From contig OZ024742.1 of the NCBI GenBank assembly GCA_964016885.1, positions 171,616,001 to 171,680,000 of the forward strand: 64,000 nucleotides of DNA, read 5' to 3'. The notes beneath the pieces are model-generated. The model saw nothing but the letters and a program-made list of their open reading frames with translations, searched no databases and was not told the DNA's origin. Each line of letters begins with the position of its first letter. Positions within the stretch are counted from its first letter, which is position 1. Source of the stretch: Eledone cirrhosa (lineage: Eukaryota). This document shows, piece after piece, positions 44,945 to 58,552 of the stretch. Made by a program: the position numbers and the translations under genes.

Positions 44945-45114
44945 GGAATATAACAAAGGAGTATGTAAAAAACCATGGGTCCTAAAAATCAGAGACAGAT
45001 ACAAAGAGGACGACTGACCAACTAGCTCCTCAGGCTGCCACCCTCAAAGTATGATCATAGTATAATAAACCTTTCAAGGATTTACACCAGTCCAGCCTCC
45101 TGTTATTTTATTTC

Positions 45115-45161
<47 letters not shown>

Positions 45162-45179
45162 TATGTATATGTGCATCTA

Positions 45180-45212
<33 letters not shown>

Positions 45213-48189
45213 TGGGAGCTATCACTCAATTTCACAACCTTTATAAATGGATATTTACCAGAGCAAATATATATCACGGATCAAATAACAGTAACATTAA
45301 TGTAGTTAACTGTGGAGTTCTGTGACTAGTCCAAAATATAATTGGAATTTAGGAAATGTTGGTCGGTTGAGCAGTGCCTGTTAGCCATAATTTGCAGAAC
45401 TCTTGATTAATTTATAATAAAATAAGTATTTTTAAATTTGGCACAAAACAAGAAATTCGGAGCACAGGGAAAAGTTGTTTAAATCGAACCAGTGACTTGA
45501 TAACAGCTGTACCGGAGAGAATTCTAGCTGGATTTTATCTCCATGAGGTTTAAATGCACAACAATTCTCCCTTATCCCAGTGCTTAGAAGGTTTCAGTAG
45601 AATGGCATCTATGTATCATGAACTAGATGAAGTTCGTCCATCTCAGTGTGTAAGGAATTAAGCGCCGAATCACTTGCATCTAACTTCTTTTCAGAAGGCC
45701 TTCTGCTGCAGCTCTTTCCAGATTTTCTAACTACAAATAAATCTTTCAATACATTTTCAAATTTTGGAATTGTATAAAATGCACACTGTGAGTCTAATGA
45801 AGCCGAAAATACACCCCAGTCGTATACAAGCAAAGAGGGACATCATTAGAAAGTAGGTATATCTTCTACATTATTTATCGAATTACGAAAGTGACGAAAG
45901 GCCTTTGCCAAACAGGCAAATGAAATTGGAATATGAAGTACTGTAAATAAATACCACAAAACTTTTAATACGATGTTACAGCGATGATGCCATCGAGGTC
46001 CCGATATCAATCTACATTTAATAATAATGAGGTCATATAAAAAGCTTATTAAAGGTGTTAAACCCCAGTGTATGATTAACTAATATTAAACATCTATACA
46101 TTTTGATACAGTAAGTTGGCAGAGACGTTAGAGCGTCAGATTAAATATATCAAAATTTATCCAGGCTCTCTCTTTTAGAGTTCAAATTTTCAGAGTCTAA
46201 CTAAGTCGCAGTCAGACCATGTCCTGAGTGTTAGTTTCAAATACTGTAGCTGTTGCAACTAGGAGAGTGTACCAACAATAGAAGGACACGTAGAAACCTT
46301 TTTTTGTTACCCAATCTAACGATCAGCTTCTTTCCATTTGTATTTCCTTTGTCTCAGATGTTAACGACATCTAGATTAAATTGATTCAAATATTAGGCTG
46401 GAACTTCATGTTATTGACCATCGAAAAACGAATGACCAAGTTGACAGGGTTGAGATTTGAACTCCGGAGGTAAAGTGCTTTAAATAAATACGCTAACAAT
46501 TCTGTCCAGAGCTCTAAAAATTCTGCCATTCCTATCAGTATAATGCCAATGATGACTCATATGAAGATTATGATGATGACAAAGCTGAAGATATAGATAA
46601 TAATGATGATGATGTCTATATGATGCAAATGATTAAATCTGGTTTTTGTGTATATGACGTGTATATCATATTAATGAATATATGATGATAAATATACGGT
46701 GATAATAAAGGTAATGATGTCGATCATGATGATATATATGATGATTACGTATATATGGTGGTGGTGCTGTGTATATGAGGATGATTTTATAATGATGAAG
46801 TATATGATGATGATTCTGATATGTATAGCATGATGAATGTAATGCTACTGCTACTGATGATGGTGATGTTGGGGAATGATGCAAATGATTGTAATGATGA
46901 TGATGATGATTATAATAATAGTGTATTCGCCAGGGTTTAAATATCTTAAGTATCGAAAGATATTGATGATTGTACATATTTCATAGGTGTGGAGGGGTGG
47001 GCAGCAACAAAACAAAATACAATAAGTAAAATAATATAAAATCAATTGAAAAATCTAAACAAATTTAAAAATAGAAAATAAAAAAATTTTTAAAAATCAA
47101 TAGAATGTTGCAAAGCCTGTTGATAATTTCTTGAGAGGAAATAATCAGTGTACAATATCGATTTTAGAGAAAGAATTCTGTGAAAAATATTCATATGGGA
47201 AGAAAAATGTGAGAATGTGTTTTGTGCTAAATTGTGTTTTAAAAAGTTTTAAAAATTTACAAAATATAAAAAATAAATTGAAAATACAAAAATATATAAA
47301 CAACACCCAAAAATTTATTTACAATCAAATGTTGTTTGTTTGATTGTTTGTTTGTGTGTTTCATTTATTTTTTATTTATTTTTTTACTTTTAACTTTGCG
47401 TGGAATTCTATTTGGTTTACTAACAGATGATGACGAAGGATATGATGAAGATGATGATGATGATGATAATAATGGTGATGGATATGATGATGATCACCAG
47501 GAGATGAACGATGTGTGTGTATTTGCTTATACAAAATACTCCAGGCTCTCCTCCATCATCGACGTTTAAATATTTTATTTTTCAAATATTTTTATTTTGA
47601 AATAATTTTTTTACAAATATTTTTTAAAACATTTGTTTAAAAGCTGCATGAAAAAAAAAAGACTGTATTCGAACTGGCAAACTTCCGCTATAATTTGATC
47701 CAGTTCATTAGGCCGACATAACGCGATTAAGATTCCTCCTTTAATTTTTGAAATTTCTACAAGCCATTCTGCCTGAAATTGTTCCAGACTATAACGAATG
47801 GAGTCGAGCGGGAGCTGGAGAGGGATGCGGAGAAAGAATAGTGATTCGACAACTTTGTAATACGTGTCTTTTTTACATTTGCACCCACAACATCGCCTCC
47901 AAACTTCATAACCCTGCCACTCCTGCAACTATTTAATTCTTTTCTCTCCATTGTTGATTATGCATAAATCTTCGGAGAAGCTGTTTGTCGATTCACGTCA
48001 AGTTTTGAAGAACTAATAACATTTTAAAGCTCTGGCAATTTCGTGACTTGTTCCAAAGTTACAACATGATAAGAGGAATGCAATATATCGCCATTAATAA
48101 ACCGGAAACGTACCTACCACAAATATTCAATTACATCGCCGGCATTTTCTTGCTTCGTTTACCCCAAAAAACAAATCTTAATGTTAAAG

Positions 48190-48240
48190 ACTTACCTGAA
48201 AGTAGAAAGAAATCAGAGATGACATAATGCAAAATGAAAC
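48190..48240 (-). promoter_or_regulatory. Candidate recursive splice site (pyrimidine tract-CAG|GTAAGT)
   Basis: Minus strand ctctgatttctttctactttcAG|GTAAGT, junction 48196/48195. Confidence 0.5.
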
Positions 48241-48419
48241 GAATATGGTGTGAAAAGGAAAAATAAGCAACAACTACAAATACATACTATAGAATCTGAT
48301 ATGTGTATGTATGCCTGTATATATATATATGCAAACTGTACATGTAAACAACAAAGCATACAATACACTACAACGAATAAATATATCACTTTAACTCTCG
48401 ACATAATAGGAAAAGTGTT

Positions 48420-48458
48420 TTTTAAAACTTTTCGGGCACTAGTCTCTCATCAGAAGAT
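48420..48458 (-). ncRNA. Degenerate minimal hammerhead
   Basis: Minus strand tt-CTGATGA-gagactagtgccc-GAAA-agtttt-aa with weak helices; adjacent sequence recurs at about 61270-61300. Confidence 0.45.
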
Positions 48459-48833
48459 AGAATGAGAAATAAAACAAAAAGAAATATAAAGTAGAAAGTG
48501 AGATGCTGAAGGGAGAAATCAATGTATGGGAGAAGAAGCCTGTGTGTGTCCAATCAGACATTTTGGAGAAATATGCTGAGTGGGCATCTTAGATAGAGGG
48601 GTTTTGAAAGAGATTTGAACCTTGTTTTTTGTGTGCACATATATATGTATCCCTGTGCATGTGCCGTTGTTCCTTTCTCTGTGGCAAACTGAATAGGGCT
48701 GAGTTAGATGGCATCAAAGCTGGGTATGTGGTTCAAAAATGAAGATAGAATTCTTGCAATTTATCCCAAAATATTTTTATTCTCTACATATAAAGTGTGT
48801 TTTATTTTATTTTTCTATCACTGCTAGTACTAG

Positions 48834-48914
<81 letters not shown>

Positions 48915-49479
48915 TGTAACGTCCAGTTGCTCTAGGTTCGCCAGAGAGGGCACCCGATGCGCAGTTTCCAGTAAGCATAAAGGTGTAGCACTAAGCAGAG
49001 TGTAATAATAATAATAAATGTGTGTGTGTGTGTTTGTGCGTATATTCATGGTTACTTATGCAAATTTTATATATATTCACATTCAATGGATGCTTTATTT
49101 ATTAACTTGACTGTATATATCTATTTATTAAATGCTTTAGTATGTGAAGACCAGTGGCTCGGAAACTGATTTATCACGCCGTCTTAGAAAGTGAAACATG
49201 TTCATAATTCCTTGTATATTACGCTCTTATTCTATCATTGCTCTCGAATTCAAAGACAAACACAAAGCTGATCGTAATTTGTAACAACCTATTCATTTAA
49301 ATTAACCATGTTCTTTTCTGTTTCGGCCCCTAAAACATAGACGTAGGTATGGCTGTTTACTTAAGGATTTCGCTTCGCAACTACTTTTTTTAATATATAC
49401 ACCTACTGTGCGACACCTTGGGCATGTCTCTTCTATTATTGCCTATGTATGAAACTAAACACAAAATGCCTCACTAAAC

Positions 49480-49700
49480 ACAAAATCTCCAATTTTGAGA
49501 TCGACTTCCGAATTCTTCACAAAATAAATCAAGAACTAACAGAACTATTACACGAAAAGCAGGAAGCCACAAAGGGCTGTAACATGCTAATTACGCATGA
49601 AATATTCTCCAAGAAGTTAGAATGCTAGGAGAAACATTGCTTTTTGTAACACGATATCAAAACTGCTTACGGTTATCCCAGTCAAATACTAACAGGAAAC
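49480..49700 (+). pseudogene. Very degraded LINE RT fragment
   Basis: RILHKINQELTELLHEKQ...DIKTAY resembles RT domains 2-3. Confidence 0.3.
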
Positions 49701-51449
49701 CAGTAATGTGGTGTGCGCTGGCCCAACATAGCTAACGGGTCATGACATATGCCTAACTGGGATACCCTAAATGTGTATCAATATTATCTCTAGTAGCATA
49801 TCAAATTTTATTCATTAGGTCTTTTAAATATACATTTGTTAACATCATTTCTTTTCCCTCATTCTTCATCAGATCCCCGTCATCCCTCCCTCATCCTCAT
49901 CATCTTTATCGTCAAGAATAAGAATACAAATCTCATTAATCATACAGTTGATGGTGGCTGTTAAAAAGAGATAATTATAATTGTATTTTTGTCTATGTGA
50001 ATGATATATATATACTGTGTATGTGTGTTTGAAAGAGGTTTATGTACCTATGTATATACATATAAATGTATACCACCCCCCATAAACATATATATATATA
50101 TAATTATATATATATATATATATATTTACTATATATACTTATATATATATAACAGAATTTATTTCACTCTAACACACCAGATACGTAAATGCATTTGGGA
50201 GTGAATAACAATAATATATTAATAATATTATTGATATTCGATTAGTTTGTAAGCAAACAGCCTCACAACTCCATGTGTTCTAGACGACTTTTGTTCCAGC
50301 GGTAGCAAAGAGAAACAATATACAAATTTTGTTTTTAATTTTCAGCAAAGCCACCCATAAATTCACTAGGCATGCAAGTATGTGTACCTAGATACGTTTA
50401 TGTATATATATGTGTATGAGTCTATGCATGGATGCAAGTATGTCTATTCGTACCGTTGTGTCCAATGTTATACATATGCCAGCACAAGCTTGCTTGAAAA
50501 TCGATGTCTATTATGTCTAAATCTTAAATATTCATCAACTATGTCCATATGTATACGTTTATTCGTTTACATACAACAATTATTTACCTGACAACACCCA
50601 AGTTAGCTCCCTTTATCCATGGAAACGTGATACATTTGTATACAAACGGGTTTCAGCGCATGATAATTTTTCCTTACATTAAATATAAAACCCTACTATT
50701 AGGAGTGACATTCGGTCTACAGACACGAACTTCCCTTTTTCATATTTTTGTGTACATGACTGAGCGAAGAGCCAGTTTAAATGTAACTCCTACATTACAC
50801 AGAGGTAACCTTGACAGGACCCCGAAACCATTGGTGGCACATACCTGATAAATGCATAAACTTTTGTTTTCACTAAGTAAGCTCTCTTCCAACAGATCGA
50901 TCACTGTTTTCCTTCATCTTTCATCTACAAATTACTACCAGCATGGACGCTATTGATTCGAGTGAGGCCACAGAGCTTATCGGTCTATTTTTATTCTTTG
51001 ATATCAAAGTTGAATTCTATAATATGGTCTTTTGACTATGACTAAGTACGGTTCACGAGCTATTGATCACTTTAGAAAGGAGCTTTTCTTTAAATGTTTC
51101 AGCATTTTCATTCAAGTTGACACCAAACTATCAGTGGTGAATGCTCTCGATGTGACACACAATATGTCAAACCGCCTATAATACCCGCATAGAAAGCCTT
51201 AATGCCGCGTTAAATTCCATAATGACGTATACATTTCGCTCATCTCAAGAAAAAGTCCTCACGCACTACCATTTGGTGTTCCTTTATTCTAAAGTCAATA
51301 TTTAGTCGTACTTTTTTTAAAATATTTAATCCTACCTCTACAGATTGATTTATCTGTTTCAGATGATCTCGCTTTGGCTGGAAGCAGAAATTCATTGCTT
51401 AAAATGTTAATGTCTTATTAACACACACACACACACATGCACACACATG

Positions 51450-51483
<34 letters not shown>

Positions 51484-51516
51484 TACTTATATGTACATAC
51501 ACATACACACACACTC

Positions 51517-51632
<116 letters not shown>

Positions 51633-52124
51633 CAGCCAATACGTATATAGGTTTTTTTCTTTCTCTTTTCCACTGTCTTCTTTCCCAGTAGGCGAGGACA
51701 TTATTACACGTTTATCAACGCCATTATTCATAAAGCCACTGAAATATATTGTATAGAAAATGTTTAGTTGAATCAAGTGAAAATTACGTAATATTCCCAC
51801 TGTAATATATTACTATTTTAGGCCTACTACACTTCTAACCATTCTATTGTTGTTGCTGTTGTTGCTACTCATATTATTTTTATTTGTCATTTTTCGTAGT
51901 CGAATATTTCTGCAACAAATCTATCAAACTGAGAACCTTTGTTTCCTTTTCTATAATAAAATAATTTTGCATTTAGAATTTTAAGATGAATATCATTCAC
52001 TAAAAAAATACGTAAAAATATATCATGATACATAAATATAGACGTACGACTACACGCATGTACACACAAATCACAGAAGTATATGTTATATATATATCTC
52101 TTTTTATATCTATCTATATCTATC

Positions 52125-52299
<175 letters not shown>

Positions 52300-52747
52300 A
52301 TATTGTTATACTTGGGGAGGGTCATACTGTTGTAATAATATTGCCAGAAATAATAACAGAACACACTCCCTGTTTAGCTGGTTTTCACTTCTGTATATTT
52401 TATATCTCCATAGTTAATCCATTTGGCCATCAATGTTTATCACTGACTGACCAGCGGTCAAAAATACAGATATAAATACATATATATAGTCTAACAATGT
52501 TCTTTCGTTGCACATCTGCAACATCATCAGTGGTACTATTATGTGTCATCATGTTGTATTGTATGTCTACGCCATAAAAAGTATAACAATATTTGTTTCG
52601 ACACACGATTTCATATAAAAAACCTTGCAAAACATACTTATATATATACTCTATATAGATACTCTATATAGATACCTCAGGCACAGAAAGTGATTATCGC
52701 TAAATGCTGATGTTGGTTAGATTATCAATATTAGTATTATTGGGGCA

Positions 52748-52874
52748 CCCACTGATGAATTATAGGAGCCCACTTGAATATATATCTATTGATGGTATAC
52801 AAGCTCCTACATAAATTGGTATAATTTCCCCCAAATTGTAGGAATCCTATAATGAAACGCGACGTCCGTCTGGG
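52748..52874 (+). ncRNA. Type I hammerhead ribozyme with branched helix II, intact core
   Basis: Helix I ccca/tggg, CTGATGA 52752-52758, helix II attatagga/tcctataat, GAAA 52854-52857, helix III acg/cgt, GUC triplet (C17 = 52870). Confidence 0.88.
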
Positions 52875-53045
52875 AAGAGATATATCAGATATGCCTCATT
52901 TGAAATAATACAGCCAACTTTCCACGTAATACTTTTAGTTAGCACCCCGAACAAATAATTGGGAATATAATCACTTATTTCCTAATGTTTGTTGAGTGAG
53001 TTGGAATTTGGCCGGAGTATCGCTAAAAAGCTTTCTCCGATATTG

Positions 53046-53081
<36 letters not shown>

Positions 53082-53107
53082 AATACATGCACAGCAGATA
53101 CACTCAC

Positions 53108-53151
<44 letters not shown>

Positions 53152-53280
53152 CATTATAGACGTATATGTATAAACATATAAACTATAACACAAGTAGAAA
53201 GTAAATATATGGTTCTATTACACACATACAATATAGAAACATATATATATATATATATGAGAAAGGCCGGTAGATAGGTA

Positions 53281-53325
53281 AATATTGCTGATGAGTTGTA
53301 ACAACAACGAAACTAGTTCAATATT
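53281..53325 (+). ncRNA. Minimal 45-nt type I hammerhead ribozyme, intact core
   Basis: aatattg-CTGATGA-gttg taacaa caac-GAA-ACTAGT-T-caatatt: 7-bp helix I, 4-bp helix II, palindromic helix III, GUU triplet. Confidence 0.9.
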
Positions 53326-53613
53326 CCTTGTCTGGCTTTCTGGAAAATAGAGGAAAGGTGTTTCCTCAAAAACCAGTATGACTCTAAAAACCGGTTTGTC
53401 TGTGTGTTTACATACAGAATAGCTGGATACTCACAGTAAAGTAACCAGTGAAAGACTTGGTACATCTACATATGTATACGTGTGTGTATTCATATGCATA
53501 CTAGTATTTCAGTATGCATATGTAGATGTACATTTTTAACTTAATTGTTTAAGCGTCAGTCATACAAAAGTGAGTTACAAACGAAACGAAATTTAATTTC
53601 GTTTCGTTACTTG

Positions 53614-53650
<37 letters not shown>

Positions 53651-54342
53651 CGAAGGAAATGTGGTAAGGAACCAGATGGACGATAACGCACCAAAGGACT
53701 AGGGTAGTAGAGTGGGTAATAGGAACAAGTATGTTATTATATATATATATTAATAAAAGTATGTTATTTATATATATATATTAAAAGGAATTCCAACTTT
53801 GTCAAACAAAGTTGGAATTCCTTTTATTAATATAATCTTCTATACACCATTATGCACACCCGTGTATATTTATATATATATATATATATGTGTGTGTGTA
53901 TATATGGGTGTATATATATATATATGTATATATATATGTATACACACACACACACAGACAAACACATATATATATAAGGAAAAGAAATCGAAAATACAAC
54001 TGGAGTCATTTTAAGAATATTTATTTATTTCCTTTACCGGTTTCACAGTTTTTATGCTTTTCAAAATAAAATTGAGATGGAGGGTTTGTGGTTTGTCTCG
54101 CAAACACTTACGCTTAAAGATAACCGTTGACAAATTATTATTGAATGATATTTAAAATCAATGTGTTTATAAAATATACAGGAGTATTATGGACGTGTAG
54201 AAGAGGAAAGATGGAATATTTATCGGGGTTGATAGAGAACAAATTGAAATACCATAGGAGTTCTTAAAACATGTCGTTCTTTACAATTGTTTCAACACAT
54301 TCTTCGATATACTTCGTAGTTAAAATAGACATAATTGAACAA

Positions 54343-54950
54343 ATAATTGTTTCTACTTTAGGCACAAGGCCAGCAATTAACCAGTACATTACTGGTACTT
54401 TATTTTATCGACCCCGTCAGGATGAAAGGCAAAGTCAACCTCGGCCGGATTTGAACTCAGACTGTAAATGAACGTAACTATGCTGGAAAGCATGGCGTCC
54501 GACCCTCTACCGATACTGCCAATCCACCACCCATAATTGAACAAATAATAATAATGTTTATACATTTGGCATAAGGCCAGCAATTACTGGTGCATTACTG
54601 GTACTTTATTTTATCGACCCCGTAAGGATGAAAGGCAAAGCTAATCTCGGTGGAATTTGAGCTCAAAACTCAAAGGGCCATAACTCTATGCTGCGAAGCA
54701 TAGTATCTGATGCTGTATCGATACTGCCAATGGTTTTTGATTTAGGCACAAGGACAGCAATTTGAGGAGACGGGAAATCGATTAAATCGATTAACTCGAC
54801 CCCAGTGTTTTACTGGTACTCTATTTTATCGACTCCATAAGGATGAATGGCAAAGCTAACCACGGCAGAATTTGAACTCAGAACGGAAAGGGCCGTAACT
54901 CTCTGCCGCGAATCAGACTGTCCGACGCTCTACCGATACTGCCAATCCAA
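54343..54950 (-). mobile_element. Three tandem tRNA/Nin SINE copies
   Basis: Units at about 54343-54531, 54555-54732 and 54733-54950; the first has an 18-bp TSD cataattgaacaaataat (54330-54347, 54532-54549). Confidence 0.88.
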
Positions 54951-55269
54951 ATATTAATAGCAACAAAAATAATAATACAAACATAAGGAAGAATCCGTAT
55001 ACATTAAGCCAAGCATGTATACATAGTTTGACCGTTTATGTTGTTTAGGCTTAATAGCTGTAGTAATTGTAATCGTGTTAATAATAAAATATTTGTAAAC
55101 TGTTCGATATGTCAGAGTAGATTTACTTCAGAAATTTGATCCTAAAATCCCATTAAGCGTAATAACGGCTAAATTATGGAATTTATACAATAATGCAGGA
55201 GATACACTAACGTATTTATTATTCTAAGTGGTTATTCTTGTTACACTGGAGTTACAGTTTTGCATTCAT

Positions 55270-56460
55270 AGAGTCATCAGGTAAGAGTTAATAGGGGCTT
55301 AACCATAAAGTATGCATGAATGAAACAATCACAATTTTATACGTTAACTGTAGGACTAAGCCATTCAAAATATAGTGGTTTCATTGAAATGGATCTACTA
55401 AATTTAATAATATTACTAATGCATGTTTTCGGAATCAATGTTCATATATTTGGCACTAATCAGCCAATGTATACGGTTAATATATATCTCTACTGATTTT
55501 AACCGAAACTGCATTAACGAGGATAGGAATATATACACGGGGTATATAGGCATGGAACCATGTTAAATGAACTGAAATATCTGATTAATATTCCAATTAT
55601 TGTTATACTTGGGGAGGGTCATATTTGTGTAATATTGCCAGAATTAATAACAGAACACACTCACTGTTTGGTTGGTTTTCGCTTCTCGCTGTCTTTTATA
55701 TCTGCGATCTAACTTAATCGGTCCTCAATGTTGCCATTGACTGACCGACGGTCAAAAGTAATACAGATACAATATAGACACAATATTCCAATTGCTTTCC
55801 AACTATTATTGGAGTTTCCTCAAAGAATATGTATATATTAAAAATCACATGGAAATACATACCTGAAAAAACAAGTGTATTGATGTCACCGTAATTAATG
55901 ACATACAATATTTTCTCTAGTACCCATAATAATTTGAAATGACACCCGACCCAACAATAAATAAAAAAAAAACAACATATTTAATGCTATGTTTTTCTGC
56001 TAAAATCTCAATGATTCATACATCTTATTTGGAATGTGAAAAAGATGAATTAAGGAATTTTCTAGTTATTTGGGGATCTATATTTAATCTAAAAAATAGA
56101 TAAAACATCATATTTTTTTGTTTATATCTAAAGTTTAGGGAATGTTATATTTTAGTATTTTATGCCAAATATGTCTATCATGGGGGTACCTGGTAATAGT
56201 AACGGATAGCAATGTTATATGTAGTCTCATTCGTGGATATTGAGGAGGTATATTTAGTGATATCAGATAGGAAACAGGAAAGTGTTTGGGGGGATAATTT
56301 AAATTCTTATAGATATAAAATAATCTCGCTAGATTTCCGACAGGACATAATTCTCCTTGTATCTAGGTTTAAGTTAATATCTAAAAAATAACTATGCTAA
56401 GATAGGTGTCCAACGTAATATATAAACATAACGAGTTAATCTTTTGAGATCTTTCTACTT
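55270..56460 (-). pseudogene. Highly degraded Naiad-like PLE fragment
   Basis: Minus-strand [40 protein letters not shown] parallels the 42176 ORF; CTGATGA relic at 55274-55280; segment 55598-55780 recurs at 52300-52480. Confidence 0.6.
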
Positions 56461-56484
56461 TTACCTGTATATACATATAGATAC

Positions 56485-56557
<73 letters not shown>

Positions 56558-56596
56558 TGTATATACATATGTCTTTATGTATATACATATAGACAC

Positions 56597-56693
<97 letters not shown>

Positions 56694-56789
56694 GGAAGAG
56701 AGTATGTGGTTGTATGTGTATGTGTGTGTGTTAGTGTTTGTGTGAGTACGTGTGTGATTGTCTGTGTGTCTGTGTAAACATTAGAATTT

Positions 56790-57910
56790 ACCACATCATC
56801 CTCACAGGTGACTTCAATGAATAATTTGGACATTGCCAGGACGGATTTAGTGGGCTATGGTCATGGTTCAAGAAATGGAGAGGAAGTCAGATTCCCAGAA
56901 ATCTAACGCAAATGAACTAACTATTTGCAACACAAAATTCAGAAGACCTGCTAGCTATCTGGTCAGATAAAAATCAAGCGAACACGCAAGGCAACATTTT
57001 TATATTTTACTTGTAAGACAACGAGATAAACAGATTTTAATAACTACTGAGGCATTTCCTGGGGAAAAATGCGCTATCCAACAAAAGTTGTTAGTGACTT
57101 CAGGTTAAAACCACAAGACAGAACAAGTTTCGCAGGAAATACGAAGACGTGAGGTTTCGAAGCTAAATAATATATTTGATGAGCGGAGAGATGATCTAGA
57201 TACATATAACGTAGACGACAATTGGAAATTCTTGCGTGACCTCTTTTTGCGACTCAAGAAAAATGCCAGCCAAACGGAAGGTGACATTGTGGCGGAACAG
57301 CACATTAGATAGAACCATTAAAGCCTGGAATGTCTGGAAAAGTTGGGTTAGTAGAAACCAGTACCAGGCAGCTATGAGCGATATTAGACGATAGTTTGCT
57401 AATCACTTGAGACGTGAGGGCCAGAAACGTGAAGTGTTCTCCATTGCAAGGCAGTGTGTCAGTGTGGCACGGAATGTTGTTGGGGAAAAGTGTGTTAGAA
57501 ATGATACTGGGGCATTTAGCAACACTGATGCGCAGGAAATAGGCCTGGAAATATTTCAAGGAGAAGCTGATGAATGTAGAGAATGAATGGGTTAAGGCGA
57601 GATTACCTCCAACGTACTCACCAGAAAGACCAGCTATTGAAGTTGATAGTTATAGGGTCAAATAAACAATAAAGGAGATGAAACATGGTATGGCTGTGGG
57701 ACAGTCAGAGAGAGAGAGAGAGTTACCGAAATGCTAAAAGCATCGGGAGAAGTGAGAGTTGAACTGGTAACCCGTATATTGAATTAAATCATACGGGACG
57801 GAGTCATACCCAATGACAGGCGAAGCAGTACAATCATAAATTGTTGAGGGTAAAGGTGATGCTCCAGAAATGAGCAACTATAGAGTAATATAACTATTGG
57901 ACCAAGTTAT
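56790..57910 (+). pseudogene. RTE-clade LINE remnant (APE endonuclease to start of RT)
   Basis: [55 protein letters not shown]; many stops and deletions. Confidence 0.85.
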
Positions 57911-58552
57911 ATATCATCAAAACGAATACGCACTGTGTAACTGAAGCCGGCAGCTGAAATGATTTATGCTGCGTCGATTCTAAAAGTCTACTATGACCTG
58001 CGCATGAGTGTGCCAGCCTGAACAATAGACACGACGAAGGAAAAAAAAATAAGTACCGGCAATCACCTATTAAGTGATATTTTTTTCTGCAGCAACCTGG
58101 TGAATTTAGCGTCGCACCAAGATTTCATTTTCAGACATCCTGAAGGTCAAAAGCAAACAAAGCTGCTCTTCGATACTTTCATTGTCGAACATAGTAATAG
58201 GAACATGTGCCATCATGTGTCCGATAAATATTTTCCTAGTTATTGCAATTAGAAATGGCTTGGCCATCCAGTAAAATGAGTCCCGGGAGTTTGACTGACT
58301 TTTTCAGCACATCTTTGACGCCCTCTTGTGTTATCCATGAAGCAATGTCATTCTACTGGTATTTTTTCAATAAACATAATTTTTTTTACAGAATATATTT
58401 TGTTTTGTTTAGCATTAGTCTATCACTAAGAATGGCGTTAATTAAATGATTGAAAAGTTCAATATTTTGTTGCATCCACATTACACCTCGTAGGTATGTT
58501 TTATTCACACATAAAAATCAGGAAATTAAAAAAATATATATTTTGGTGTTAT

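Noticed and set aside
47611-47951. Overlapping 64-105 aa ORFs downstream of the splice candidate
   Set aside because: No recognisable domain and no consistent frame.
58243-58449. WPSSKMSPGSLTDFF resembling the Tc1/mariner WPxxSPDL motif
   Set aside because: Spacing is wrong, and no other motifs or TIRs are present.
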